Source: Vicugna vicugna
Lineage: Eukaryota
Direction of reading: 5' to 3'
NCBI GenBank assembly: GCA_013265495.1
Contig: MU058650.1
Coordinates: 585,394 to 649,393, forward strand
DNA length: 64,000 bases
Numbering within the stretch: position 1 is the first letter of the stretch; each line of letters starts with the position of its first letter. This document shows positions 27,863-40,513 of the stretch, piece after piece. Under the pieces are notes generated by a model. That model saw nothing but the letters and a program-made list of their open reading frames with translations, searched no databases and had not been told where the DNA came from. Position numbers and translations under genes: made by a program.

Positions 27863-28387
27863 AAATCTAATGTCTTTAAACTTTCTTCTCAGGACTTACT
27901 GTTCAATCCTCTAGGCTTATTTCTTTCTTCCAAACTCTCAGAAAACTTTTGGGATTTAATGCTTCCAAATTATTTTAAGGAAGCAGGTTGGGAAAGAGTT
28001 TAGCAGCCTCACAGTGATCTAGCAAGGACCCAGTCAGGGCTGCTTGGGGTTTTATGATGAAAACTTTCTTTATTAGAAAATCCCATTGGAAAACAAATAA
28101 AACAACATTAATTCTTCTACTTAAAACCCTACCTTGGTTTCCCATTACACTTGAAATAAAACTCAAGCTCTTAATCCACAGGTCAGACAAGTTTTATGTA
28201 ACTTCTTCTCTTACTTTATCTCCTCCCATCCTCCTTCAATCCCCATTCACGCCACTCAAGCAACTCTGACCTCCTGGCTGGGTCTTAAACTTTGAAAGTT
28301 TGTCCAGACTTCAGGTTTTCATCCCCTATACCTGGTGCACTTTTCCCTAAGGTATTTTTATAGCCTGATTTCATAGTTCATTTAGGT

Positions 28388-28594
28388 CTCACTGAAATTA
28401 CTATTTTGATATGCACATTAACTACCTAGGGCCAGTATCCTGTTTTCTCCACTCTGAATCCCCTCGGGGTGCAGCGTGGGGGAGGGCAGCTGCAGGGGCT
28501 GATGGCTTGATGGCTTGATGGCTCCAACATCCTTTGTTTACTGAGACGGCAGGCTGACATTCTTTGTCTACCTTGCTTAAGTTTTATAACCTTC
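28388..28594 (-). repeat. Partial direct duplicate of 28907-29105 (LTR end plus some flank)
   Basis: ctcactgaaatta...ctacctagggccagtatcct...ggcaggctgacattctttgtc occurs twice in the same orientation. Confidence 0.9.
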
Positions 28595-28621
28595 TTAAAT
28601 CAATGAACATCTCTTTACCTT

Positions 28622-29082
28622 TGTTGACTGAAAAAAAAAAGGCACAACCTGCAAGTTGAGATTTACATTTGATTCAGCAGACATGATGAGAAATTAAGCC
28701 CCAGAGACATCCTCTCAGAGAGCTCTGAGGGACTTTTCCAAAGAGGTAAGGGAGGAGCCAAGACACATAAGAGTTGTCGTAAAACAAACAAACAAAAAAC
28801 AAGTAGTCAGTCAGAACATCAAAAGATTACTGTTAAAGAAAAACCAGACATCCCAAGTCAATGAATTTAGCACTTTTCTAGATACGGGAAGATGCAAGAG
28901 GCTGCGCTCACTGAAATTATTATTTTGATATGCACACTAACTACCTAGGGCCAGTATCCTCTTTTCTCCACCCTGAGTCCCCTCAGGACACAGCGTGGGG
29001 GAGAGCAGTTGCAGTGGCTGACGGCTTGATGGCCCCAACATCCTTTGTGTACTGATATGGCAGGCTGACATTCTTTGTCCGT
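28622..29082 (-). mobile_element. ERV1 solo LTR (MER41-like cetartiodactyl family) inside an L2 relic
   Basis: tgttgactg...ccaaagaggtaagggaggagcc...caacatcctttgtgtactgatatggcaggctgacattctttgtcc. Confidence 0.7.
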
Positions 29083-29298
29083 CTTAAATTAAATTTTTAA
29101 CCTTCATCGCTACCTGAAATCAGATCACGAATTGCATCATATTATATCGAAACATACGTGTTTATTTGTTTATTGTTTGCATTCCCCCCTTCAATCCGAT
29201 CATGATTGTCATGCCCACAACTGTGTCTCCAGCTAGAACAGGGTCTAGAACATAATAGAATTTTACTAAATATTGGTTGAGTTAATGCATGAGCTCAC

Positions 29299-29301
<3 letters not shown>

Positions 29302-29338
<37 letters not shown>

Positions 29339-29343
29339 TTTTT
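29302..29343. repeat. Poly(T) tract with an aaa interruption
   Basis: Read directly. Confidence 0.95.
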
Positions 29344-29414
29344 ACTACACAAGCTGCTTTTGGAGGAGCCATGCATACCAATCCTCACCATTTCAGTCAC
29401 TGAAAATTTCTAAC

Positions 29415-29575
29415 CACTGAATCAGGCAGAGTGGGGCTTGAATCCCGGCTCTTCCAATTACACGGCCTTGCTGGCAGCTACTTAATTTCTCATAGCCTTG
29501 GTTTTCCTTTATTAAAAGTAGATAGTAATAATAACCTCACAGGTCTGTTATAAGGATTTAATAAAATTACTTACA
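29415..29575 (+). mobile_element. MIR relic
   Basis: ttgaatcccggctct...cttaatttctcatagccttggttttcc...taataataacctcacagg...aggattta. Confidence 0.7.
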
Positions 29576-31018
29576 AAATCCATGAAAACAAGCATGATCC
29601 ACGAAGGGAGATTTTTGCCTACTCTCCGCAGTCCTAGATCACTGTATAGCAATTGGCTGGCAGAGAATTCTGTTGACTGCTTTTGATGATCAGTTGAATG
29701 GATGTGCCAAGGGCCTGGTATGGTGCGCAAAAAATTCTCATCCTTTTCCTTCAGGGACTTTGTGGCTTTCTTTTCCAACATACAGAATATTTTTTGGTAC
29801 CTAAACAAATAGTAAAGATGATAAAATTAATATGTACTTGGCAGTTCACCATCTGGATTTGCATTACCATCTAGTCATGTCCTCCGTTAACCCTCCAACC
29901 CGAGCTCCATGTCCAGTCAGGCCAGCACACTCATCCTTAAGCTCCATCTCAAAGATCTCTGTGGCACTGACGGCCTGAAGCCAGTACCAGGCACCAAGTG
30001 ACTGCTTGGTGGGGACAATCATAAATATCATAAACTGCAAGTGGGAAGGAGCTAGAATGGCCATAAAATAAATTTGATGCCCATTTAAATATTATAAATG
30101 TCTATAAACTCCAGAATATACTGAGCCACTTAGAAGCACTTAGAACAATTTGTGCATGAGCAGGGAACTTTTTTGCTGTGAAACGCTAATCTAATGTAAA
30201 AGTTGACAACTGTCTCTTTAAAAATAAGGTTTATGGTTCTAAATATGGGTTATGTTTTTCAAAGTTTTCTCCTACGTGGTCATTTTCACCATTTTAATCT
30301 TCCTTTCTTTCCTTTCAATATAAGTTGTGCTACTGCAGGGAAAAACATGAAAGCTGTACTCTTTAGAGAAAGTACTTCATGAGAATGATTTACAGAAAGT
30401 AGAAAAATATATAACCAAATATGAGGTGTGACTCAAACGGATGTCCAGCTCAGACCTCTGATAGACGCATGCCCTCTGGCTCATTAAAGCCGAGGAATCT
30501 ACAGCCCATGCGAAGATGATAAAGTTCAGGCTACACAGCATGGTAGATATTGACACCTTTGAGGCACTTCTGTCATTAAATAAATATTGATTATTTTAAG
30601 CATTATTGTAAAGGCACTTACTAATATAAAATTTCTGTAAAACCAATAGAGTGATCTTGTTGATATGCACATACACTTTTATGATAAGTATAATTATAGA
30701 ATATATTTTATATTTTCATATAAAATATATGATAAGCATTTTTCTACCCTATTTGATTATTACATCAGATTCCATGAAGTAGATAAACCATGAATTATGT
30801 AACTCCCCTCTTCTGATAGATAATTACGGTGGTTTGCACTGTATTCTTATTTTGAATGATGTGAGAAAAATAAACGTGAATACAACTTTTAAATTTTTTC
30901 TATGAATTGTTTTCTTGATAAATGCTCAATATTTATTTTAAATGATTCATTTACGTATTCAAGAACTGTTTATAATATACTATTTTGTTCAATGTGCGGA
31001 TAGAAACACCTGCTCAAA

Positions 31019-31664
31019 TTCCTCAGAAGACTAGGAATAGACTTACCATATGACCCAGGAATCCCGCTCCTGGGCATAGATCCAGAAGGAACCCTACTCC
31101 AAAATGATACCTGCACCCCAATGTTCACAGCAGTACTATTTACAATAGCCCAGACATGGAAACAGCCTAAATGTCCATCAACAGATGACTGGATACAGAA
31201 GATGTGGTATATTTAAGATGTGGTATTACAATGGAATACTATTCGGCCATCAAAACTGACAACATAACGCCATTTGCAGCAACATGGATGCTCCTGGAGA
31301 ATGTCATTCTAAGTGAAGTAAGCCAGAAAGGGAAAGAAAAATACCATATGAGATCGCTCATAAGTGAAATCTCAAAAACAAAAAGCATAAATACAAAACA
31401 GAAATAGACTCCTAGACATAGAATACAAACTTGTGGTTGCCAAGCGGGCAGGGGCTGGGAAGGGGTAGACTGGGATTTCAAAATGTAGAATAGATAAACA
31501 AGATTATACTGTATAGCACAAGATCTTGTGGTAGCTCACAGTGAAAAAAAATGTCACAATGAATATATGCATGTTATTGTATAACTGAAAAAGTGTGCTC
31601 TACACTGGAATTTGAAACAACATTGTAAAATGATTATAAATCAATAAAAAATGTTAAAAAAAAA
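31019..31664 (+). mobile_element. 5'-truncated young L1 (ORF2 C-terminus and 3' UTR)
   Basis: TSD agaaacacctgctcaaa at 31002-31018 and 31665-31681; ORF ...MEYYSAIKTDNITPFAATW; poly(A) tail. Confidence 0.95.
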
Positions 31665-31691
31665 AGAAACACCTGCTCAAAAAGGACTTTT

Positions 31692-32435
31692 TTTTTAACT
31701 TTTTTAAATTGATTTACAATCATTTTACAACGTTGTGTCAAATTCCAGTGTAGAGCACAGTTTTTCAGTTATACATGAACATACATATATTCATTGTCAC
31801 ATTTTTTTCTCCGTGAGCTACCATAAAATCTTGTATATATTTCCCTGTGCTATACAGTATAATCTTCTTTATCTATTCTACAATTTTGAAATCCCAGTCT
31901 ATCTCTTCCCACGCCCCACCCCCTTGGCAACCACAAGTTTATATTCTATGTCTGTGAGTCTATTTCTGTTTTGTATTTATGCTTTGTTTGATTTTTTTTT
32001 TCAAATTCCACATATGAGCAATCTCATATGGTATTTTTCTTTCTCTTTCTGGCTTACTTCACTTAGAATGATATTCTCCAGGAGCATCCATGTTGCTGCA
32101 AATGGCGTTATGTTGTCAGTTTTGATGGCCGAATAGTATTCCATTGTATAAATATACCACATCTTCTGTATCCAGTCATCTGTTGATGGACATTTAGGCT
32201 GTTTCCATGTCTGGGCTATTGTAAATAGTACTGCTGTGAACATTGGATAATGCTGCTATGAACATTGGGGTGCAGGTGTCATCCTGAAGTAGGGTTCCTT
32301 CTGGATCTATGCCCAGGAGCAGGATTCCTGGGTCATATGGTAAGCCTATTCCTAGTCTTTTGAGGAATCTCCATACTGTTTTCCTCCATACAGTGGCTGC
32401 ACCAAACTGCATTCCCACCAGCAGTGAAGGAGGGT
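31692..32435 (-). mobile_element. 5'-truncated young L1 of the same subfamily, inverted relative to its neighbour
   Basis: TSD tcaaaaaggactttt at 31677-31691 and 32436-32450; ORF 32001..32243 ([14 protein letters not shown]). Confidence 0.95.
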
Positions 32436-32584
32436 TCAAAAAGGACTTTTCTATTCCTCATTGCTGTTCTTTGATGTCTATTTAATAAGGATTCATGAAA
32501 CCTGAAATGAACATGTTCTTAAAAAATCTTTGATATTGAGAAGCCTGAAGATTAGATTTTTTTTTCTGTCCAGAAGTTTCCCTT

Positions 32585-32988
32585 TGTCTTAGTCTGCTTG
32601 GGCTGCCAGAACAAAATGCCATAGACTGAGTGGCTTCAACAACAGGAAAGTATTTTCCCACAGTTCTGGAGGCCAGAAGTCCAAGGTCAATGTTCTGCCC
32701 TATTGAATTTCTGGTGAGGGCCACTTCCTGGCTTACGGATGGCTGCCTTCTCACTATGTGCTCACGTGGCTTTTTTTGGGGGGGGGGTGCATGCAAGCCA
32801 AGAGCTGAAGATAATGCTCAAGTGTCTCTTATGAGGACACATCCTATCAGGTCAGTTAGGATGACCTCTTACAATCTCAGTTAACCTTAATTACTTCCTT
32901 AGAAGTCCCATCTCCAAATACAGCCACTCTGAGGATCAGGGCTTCAACATATGAATTTGGGGGAGACAAAGCATTCAGTCCATAACAT
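32585..32988 (-). mobile_element. MaLR solo LTR (MLT1A-like)
   Basis: tgtcttagtctgcttgggctgcc...cacagttctggaggccagaagtccaagg...cattcagtccataaca. Confidence 0.85.
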
Positions 32989-32994
32989 TCCACC

Positions 32995-33615
32995 CAAGCA
33001 CAGGATTGTTGTATCATATTAGGCAGAATCACACTCTTGCAATCATTTTAATTCACAGATTAAGTATGGCTTAAGGAGATGTGTCTATGGGTGCTAAATT
33101 GACAAGGAGTGGACTTATTATGATGGTTAATTTTATGTGTCAACCTGACTGAGGCCATAGGGTGCCCAGATAGTTGGTTAAATATTATTCTGAGTTTTTC
33201 TGTGAGGATGTTTTTGGATGAGTTTAAATTTTAAATCAGTGGACTGAGTAAAATATATTGCTCTCCCTAATGTAGGTGGGCCTCGTCCAATCAGGTGAAG
33301 GTCTGAATGGAACAAAAGGCAGACCCTCAACCAACTAAAAGGAAATTCCCCTTGCCTGACTGCCTTTGAGCTGGGACACTAGTTTTTTTCATGACTTGGA
33401 CTCAAAATGACTACTCTTTCTGTGTCTCAAACCTGCCTAGTTTCAGACTGAAACTATACCATCAGCTCTCCTGAGTCTCCAGCTTGCCAACTGCAGATCC
33501 CGGAACATGTCAGTTTCCATAACTGCGTGAGCTAATTCTTATAATAAATCTCTTTATGTATGTAAATATATATACACATCTGACTAGTTCTGTTTCTCTG
33601 GAGAATCCTAACACA
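32995..33615 (+). mobile_element. ERVL internal 3' end with polypurine-tract region, followed by an MLT2 3' LTR (LTR from ~33118)
   Basis: gggtgctaaattgacaaggagtggac precedes tgatggttaattttatgtgtcaac...; ends gttctgtttctctggagaatcctaac. Confidence 0.8.
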
Positions 33616-34825
33616 CACTTACTTCAAGATACTTTCTAAAACAGATTTAAACATCTTCAAACTTAACTGAAACCTACCTTATCTAATAAGCAATTGTGTT
33701 GATTACTAAGACTAAAATAAAATGCCACAGTTCTGGAATCAATCAAATTCTGGCCACATAAATATTCAGTTCTGAATAGAACCATGGTAAATTTTTCAGA
33801 ATTTTACAGAGCTCTATTTGGGTTCAAGTCTTCTACTCCGTTCTACCCACAGCAGGGCCCTCAAATTATTTCAGATGGAGTGCCAAGACCAGATGCTGTC
33901 CCATTAGTATTCTAAGGTAAACCTCAGGTTTGACTAAGCCTGGGCTTTTGCTCACTTCAGGCACAAATCCTAAGAATTTATCCTCTCTCTTTAACCTAAT
34001 GTAAGACCAAAGGTAAAAAAATAAAAAATAAAAATAAATTACATATGTATGGTGAGAAAGAAAGAGAACAAAACAACAATAATGTCTATGTTGATAAACA
34101 TTCATTAGAAGTTTTTGTTTTTCTATATCAAGAAAGGAACAGATGTTAAATTTGTTCTATATTATAGCCTCAAAACACAAAATCACTTTTGGTAAAGCCA
34201 AAAAAACACATAATTTCAAAGCTTTAAAACCAAGGGACAAAAGTAGTTTTAAAGTCATCTTCCTTTCCTCTCTACGGCTTGCAAGGAAGTCAACTTAAAA
34301 TTACTAGGACTAGGTCATCTGTTTTCTTTGACTCACAAGATGGGAAGAAAGAAAAGTTTTTAAATGTTAGAGAGAAATTCTCCCAAAGGGAAAGACAATA
34401 GGACAGGTAAAATGGTCTTTGTAGATTTAAGGGTGAAAAACAGATGTAAAACTGCTTCTTTGAAAAATGCTCTACTTTCTCCCAAAATGAGACACTTTGA
34501 TCACCAGTGTCTAAAATACGCACCCATAGACATCCCGCAGAATATGTCAGACAATTTTTAGTATCATCCTCTAGATTCAAAGAAGATTCAATCATTCATT
34601 CATTTATTGACACAAAGACTACTTTTTCAACAAATATTTATTAAACATCTCATTTTCTTTCTTTCTCCACCACATCCAACACTCTAGAACTTTCCATCAC
34701 CAGCATCCCCCCCACCACCAGCTGATCTCATGATTTTCAAAGATGTCTTTTATAGAGCTCTGTTCAGATTTGCTCTCCCTGAAGTGTTTTAAGATCCAAA
34801 TATAAGCTTTGACATCTCTTCTCTA

Positions 34826-34848
34826 ACACACACACACACACACACACA
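34826..34848. repeat. (CA)n microsatellite
   Basis: Read directly. Confidence 0.95.
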
Positions 34849-35894
34849 TCCTTCCAGCCCTTCAGCTAGACAAATTTCTCATCACAAGCAAATATGCTGT
34901 GAATAACTGCAAAAACTTTACTCACAGGAGAGCATATGAATTCTTAAATATTAACTAGTATATTATGGGAAATTTTGGATAAGGGATGGTAGCAAGTATA
35001 TTCTGTTCTTAACAAATACCACCCACATATGTGCCATGTCCTCCATTACACAAGATATACACACCCACGTTGTTAGAAGAATAGAGATTAGAACCTTAGG
35101 AATTCACATGGAAGAGTTTCCTACTTTTAAATGTTGCCAAAATTGTTTCTAAAATAATAAATCATTGCCTAATCCGCAAAGACATTGTGGAAGAAAACAC
35201 AGCCTTTCTTGGCAATGGGAGAAATACTTAAATATTCCATTTTATCTAGACATCTAACTAAAAGGCAGAACTGAATTATTCTCTCATCACTATTAGTTAT
35301 CAATGTTGTTATCCTCTTCATTATCATCATGATCCCCTCTTTAAAGGGGAGCAGAAAGGAGTACTGTGTGGTCTACACAAACTTCCAGAACCATTTGGGT
35401 TAGTTTAATTATAAACTCACAATGTTGGATACTATTCATTTTTCTCTCCATTTAATAGAATATTTTTGGTAGAACTCAAATTCACCGATCATACTTAAGC
35501 AATCATAGGGATTAAAAATGGGCAGTGAGTCTTCTTTTGGCTTTGCTAGCCTACATCCTTGGCTGTGTCTCAAAAGCACTCAATTTTGTGGCTTGTAGTA
35601 TTGATTTAATTCTTAAATAATGTGGCTTGTAGTATTGATTTCAGTAAACAGGCCCTAGAGTGCCTAATAGGTTTTAGAGGTTTTATGAATGATAAGTAGG
35701 CCCATTTGGTCATGTCTTACAGAGTAATAAAGGTCTGAGACAGCTTCCTTTGCCTCTGTACATACACAGTCTGCTCTTGGTCTAGTAGAGGCTATGGATG
35801 GAAGTGGCACTGGCTGATAAAGAGGTCAAGCCATGGCACCTGACCCCCAGGATGGGACCCTGACTCTGCCAGTGACTGGTTGGAACTGTTGGAA

Positions 35895-38800
35895 CTATTC
35901 ACTCGTTCATTAAAAAATACTCGTTGAGTGCTAATAATGTGCTTGTGAAAAACCAAAGAACAAAGCTAAGCTTCCTGGCCTTTGGGAGTTTATACTCCAA
36001 CACGAAGAGAGAGAGAATTAGCAACAGTTACAATAAAGAGGTAGGTACATAGCATGTTATAACGCATTAAGTGTATGTGGGCAAAATATAGGATGAGAGG
36101 GATAGTAAAGTGAAGGGGTTCTCATTTTTAATAGGGTTGTTTGTGGAGGTCTTAATGAGATTCAAAAAGAAAATGTGAAGGCAAGGAATTTAGCCACGTC
36201 CAGAAAGTTCAGACAACATCATGGAAGCCACTGTGGCTAGAACAGAACAACTAACTCCAAGTGGTAGGAAAGGAGATGAAAAAGGTAAGGGGGGGGGGTG
36301 TTGGGTGTGCAGATCATGTATGATCTTGACACTGTAAGAGTTACACTCCAGATACAATGATGAGGACTGGGAGGCTCACTGCATGGTTTTGAGCAGAGCA
36401 GTGGCATAATCTAACTAATATTTAAAATGGTTACTTTGGTTGTTGTATTGAGAATGGACTGGGTCGGGGGAGAATGAACTGGAGAAGAATGGAAACAGGG
36501 AAATCTGCTAGGAGGATATTTCAACAATCCAGAGAAGCACATTTATATATAGCAGTAAAGATAGTGAGACATGGTCTGATCCCGAATGTATTTTAAAGAA
36601 AGAATCAAAAAGATTTCCTGAGAGATTGAATTTGGGGATTGAGAGGAAGAAGAAAATAGTGAATAACTCCACCTGGGTTAAACAGCTGCATGAAAGAATA
36701 GTGTTGCTACCAATTGAAATAAGGACAGTTTCAGGTAGAGCAGGTTTGGGAGGATGATGAGGTCAGTTTTAGACATACTGAATTGGAGGTATCTAAGTGA
36801 ACATGACAAGTAAGTGGTTGAATACATATGTGGCCAAGAAGAAAACGTGGATTCAGCAAAAAGAGACTATAAAGGAATGATAAGTGAAGTAGGAGGGGCA
36901 CCAGGATAGTGCAGTGTCCTGGGGACCAGATAAAGAAAGTGGAAGAAGCAGAGAGAGTGAGGAATTCCAAATGTTGACAAAAATTCAATTAAAATGAGGA
37001 ACAAGAATTGACTGTTACTGTATTCATACAAGAGTAATTTAGGTGAGGTAGTGGAGGTAAAAAGCATAATTGGAATTGGTTTATGGGAGAAAGAGAATAA
37101 GTGGAAACTGGAAATAGTGAATTTAAACACCAATGGAGAGGAGCTTCTGGAAAGGGGATGTAAATAAATAGGGCTGTAGAGGACTTTTTGTTTTGTTTCC
37201 TTTTCCACGTTTTTTACAAAAGGAGAGATAACACTATGTTTGTATGCTGATAAGAATGTTCCAGTAAAGAGTAAAAATGTATAAAAATGTATAATGTCAG
37301 AGAGAAGGGGAGATGCTGGAACAGTATCTTTGAGTAGGTGAGAGGGGTAACAAGATATGCACAGTCAACTTGCAAGGCTGGTGTTTGCAAGACTATGGGA
37401 ATGCAGTTTGGTACAGCCATTGTGCAAAGCAGTAGGGAGATTCCTCAAAAGACTAAAAGTAAACTTACCATATGATCCAGCAATCTCACTCCTGGGCATA
37501 GATCCAGAGGGAACCTTAATTCAAAAAGATACATGCACCCCAATATTCATAGCAGCACTATTTATAATAGCCAAGACATGGAAACAGCCTAAATGTCCAA
37601 CAGATGACTGGATAAAGAAGAGGAGGTATATTTATACAATGGAATACTATTCAGCCATAAAAAAGAATAAAATAATGCCATTTGCAGCAACATGGATGGC
37701 CCTAGAGAATGTCATTCTAACTGAAGTAAGCCAGAAAGAGAAAGAAAAATACCTTATGCTATCATTCATATGTGGAATCTGGAAAAAAAAAAAGACAAAT
37801 GAACAGAAACAGGTTCACAGACATAGAAAACACATTTATGGTTACTGGAGGGTAGGGAGTGGGAAGGGATAAATTGGGAGCTCAAGATTTGCAGATACTG
37901 ACTGGTATACATAAAATAGATAAACAAGTTTATTCCGTATAGCACAGGGAACTATATTTGATATTTTGTAATAGCTTATGATGAAAAATATGAAAACAAA
38001 TATATATATATATATTCATGTATGACTGAAGTGTTGTGCTGTACACCAGAAATGGACACAACATTGTAAACTGACTATACCTCAATTAAAAAAATTTTTT
38101 AAAAGACTAGGGATAGGTCATTTATAGTACCACAGGAGAAAGCAGAAAAGGTAGTTGTAAATGTTGGTAGGTCGATAAATGTGGGAATGTAGTTAACATC
38201 AGACCTTGGCTGAGTACTTCAATTTTTTAGTGAAGTAGAACATTTTATACGCTGAGGGTAGTTTGGGGAAGGCGATGCTGGATGTTTGAGAGGAGAAAAG
38301 GCCTGAAGTCATTGTCGTGAGAGTGTGAGAGTGAACATACTAGGAAAATACAGTAAGAGTGCCAAGCAGCATTAAGGGAACACTTGGTGGTCATGGACAT
38401 GATTTTAACAAGAGGGTTCAGAGAGTCAAAGAGTATGCAACAGACTGATAATAAGAATCGACCATAAAGTGTAAGCTGGGTAATGAGGGGAAAGAGAACA
38501 TCAAGGAGGTGGAGATAATGATAAAGAGAAAAAGTCAATCAATGGATTGGCAAGCCTAGTGGGACTAATAATTGGGGTATGTACAGGCGTGAGATGGAAA
38601 GAAAGGATGCGGTTCAGACGGTGGAGAGGTTGCACATATTGTTATAACAGGATGCAGGGTGTGCACTGGGAATGAGCTGCCTGGCAGAGCGGAAGGCAAG
38701 AGCACCGGAGGAGACAACTTCTAGGAATGACAGTGCAGGTGTTAAAAGGATCAAGTCTATTAAAAAAAAAAAGCGCAAGAATTATGATGAGTCTTATTAG

Positions 38801-39400
38801 TGAGTTCCAGTTAGGCAGGAGCTAAAATGATGGGAACAGGAGGGGAAATGTTTCAGGAGTGTGAAGATGAAAAGAACAATGAGAGGTAACAGGCAATATA
38901 ATCTAATGTTGTAACAGTCAAAGATGGAAATTGTTAGAAGATGAAGAGCAAGCACTGTCTGAAAACAACAGTGGAGAGCAAAGAGGGCTCCCCGCCCCTA
39001 GCTCCGGGCTTGGTAGGGATGCGGGAGGAAATACAGCCATGCTTAAGGATGACTACAGGGTAGGCGGAGCCCTCCAGGACGGGCCAGGCTTCTGTTAGAG
39101 CAAGAAGGAGAAAGTGGTGCTCAGAGAAACGATTATGATACAGAAAATTTAGCCAGTAAGGGACTGTGGTTTCTCAGAGGACAGGTAAAGGATTTCAGGA
39201 ATCGAGGTGGGGAGAGAGGAGGAAAATAGGAAATGCACAGATGCTAAGGAAAAGTAGAGTAGGAGACAGGAGAAAAACAAGAGGGGAACCAGAGTTCTAA
39301 TGAAGACGTAACATAGATAATGAACATAGTGAGACTGTTCCTGTAAATTCAAGGTGTATCTGTTGTGATGCTGCTGCAGATGTTAGGGGATGGGGAATAA
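35895..39400 (-). mobile_element. Long L2 relic interrupted by the L1 at 37396
   Basis: attcactcgttcattaaaaaatactcgttgagtgc 3' end; ggttttgagcagagcagtggcataatc; cagttttagacatactgaattggagg. Confidence 0.65.
37396..38102 (+). mobile_element. 5'-truncated young L1 (ORF2 C-terminus and 3' UTR)
   Basis: ORF 37357..37872 (WECSLVQPL...[12 protein letters not shown]...TWKQPKCP); short TSD aagacta 37389-37395 / 38103-38109. Confidence 0.93.
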
Positions 39401-40383
39401 CACAGTAAATACAAATTTAATCCATCAGGTCTGGCTTCCACCCCACAACCCCAAAGGATTTTCCTATGAAGAACACCAATGATGTCCATGGGCCAAGTTC
39501 AGTCCTCCTATCATGTGACCTTTCACCAGCATTGCACAGAGTTGACCACCTGGCTCACAGGCTCTCCTCAGTTGGCTTCAGCAGTACCACTCCCTCCATG
39601 ATTTTCTCCTCACTTTCCAGCCATTGTTTCTCAGCCTCTTTTGTTGGCGCTTTTTCCTTCATCCTGGCTTACGTGTCAGAGTTTCTTGGTTTCTTCCCTG
39701 CTTGATCTCAATGGCTGAAATACCATCCAGATTAATATATTCAGTTACCTACCTAACAGTGAACAGCTAAAACTGAATGTCTTTCAGAGATGGCTAAACT
39801 AGAACCCTAGATTTTGTCTTGCAAAACACCCCTGCCACCAACCTTGTACACCAACCTTCTTCACCAACCTCCTTCATTTCAGTGAGTAGCGTGACATCCA
39901 CCCAAAAGCAGAAGTAAAACCCTGGGAGCTGGCCCGGGTTCCTCTCCATTCTGCAGTACCCACATCCAATGCATAAGTCTTGTCAACACAATGTATCCAA
40001 AATGTCTTGCAACTGTCCCCTTTCCTAGAGATTCTCTGCTCTATTAAGCCACATTAAGTCAAGCCCCATCATGTCTTTCCACTTAGCTGCCACCTAACTG
40101 GTCTCTCCACATTCATGCTTGCTTTCGTCAAATCCATATATCACACAACACCAAAAATGAACTTTTAAAATACAAATCCAACTGTATTATCTCCTTGCTG
40201 AAAACGCCTCAAAATAATAGTTGTAGATGAAAATAAAGTTGAATTTATTAATAACTTATTTATAATCTGGGAATGGAAAAGTCCTTTTAATCATGGCTTA
40301 AATCTAGGCACCATAAAGAAACAACTTGATAGATTTGACTACTTGAAAATCAAATCTGGATGGCAAAATGCCAAGCTGGAGGA

Positions 40384-40513
40384 GGGGAGGATATAGCTCA
40401 GTGGTAAATCCTGGGTTCAATCCCCAGGACCTCCATGAAAACAAATGAATAAATAGACCTAATCCTCCCCCTCAAAACCCTCAAAACAACAACATACAAA
40501 CACACAAACAAAA
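40384..40513 (+). mobile_element. tRNA-derived camelid SINE (Vic-1-like) with a deletion between the A and B boxes
   Basis: ggggaggatatagctcagtggta (A box) / tcctgggttcaatcccca (B box) / acctcc...aaatagacctaat...A-rich tail. Confidence 0.75.

Noticed and set aside
29575..29800. Cytochrome P450-like IPGPW motif
   Set aside because: There is no preceding membrane anchor and no other P450 motif or exon in the window.
31002..32450. Twin-priming 5' inversion of a single L1
   Set aside because: Both halves cover the same L1 region, and each has its own poly(A) tail and TSD pair.
35241..35398. Plus-strand transmembrane-like exon (IILSSLLVINVVILFIIIMIP)
   Set aside because: There is an in-frame stop just upstream, and the hydrophobicity is explained by (ATC/ATT)-rich low complexity.
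40384..40435. tRNA gene
   Set aside because: It has A and B boxes but lacks the anticodon arm and carries a SINE-type tail; it is a SINE.
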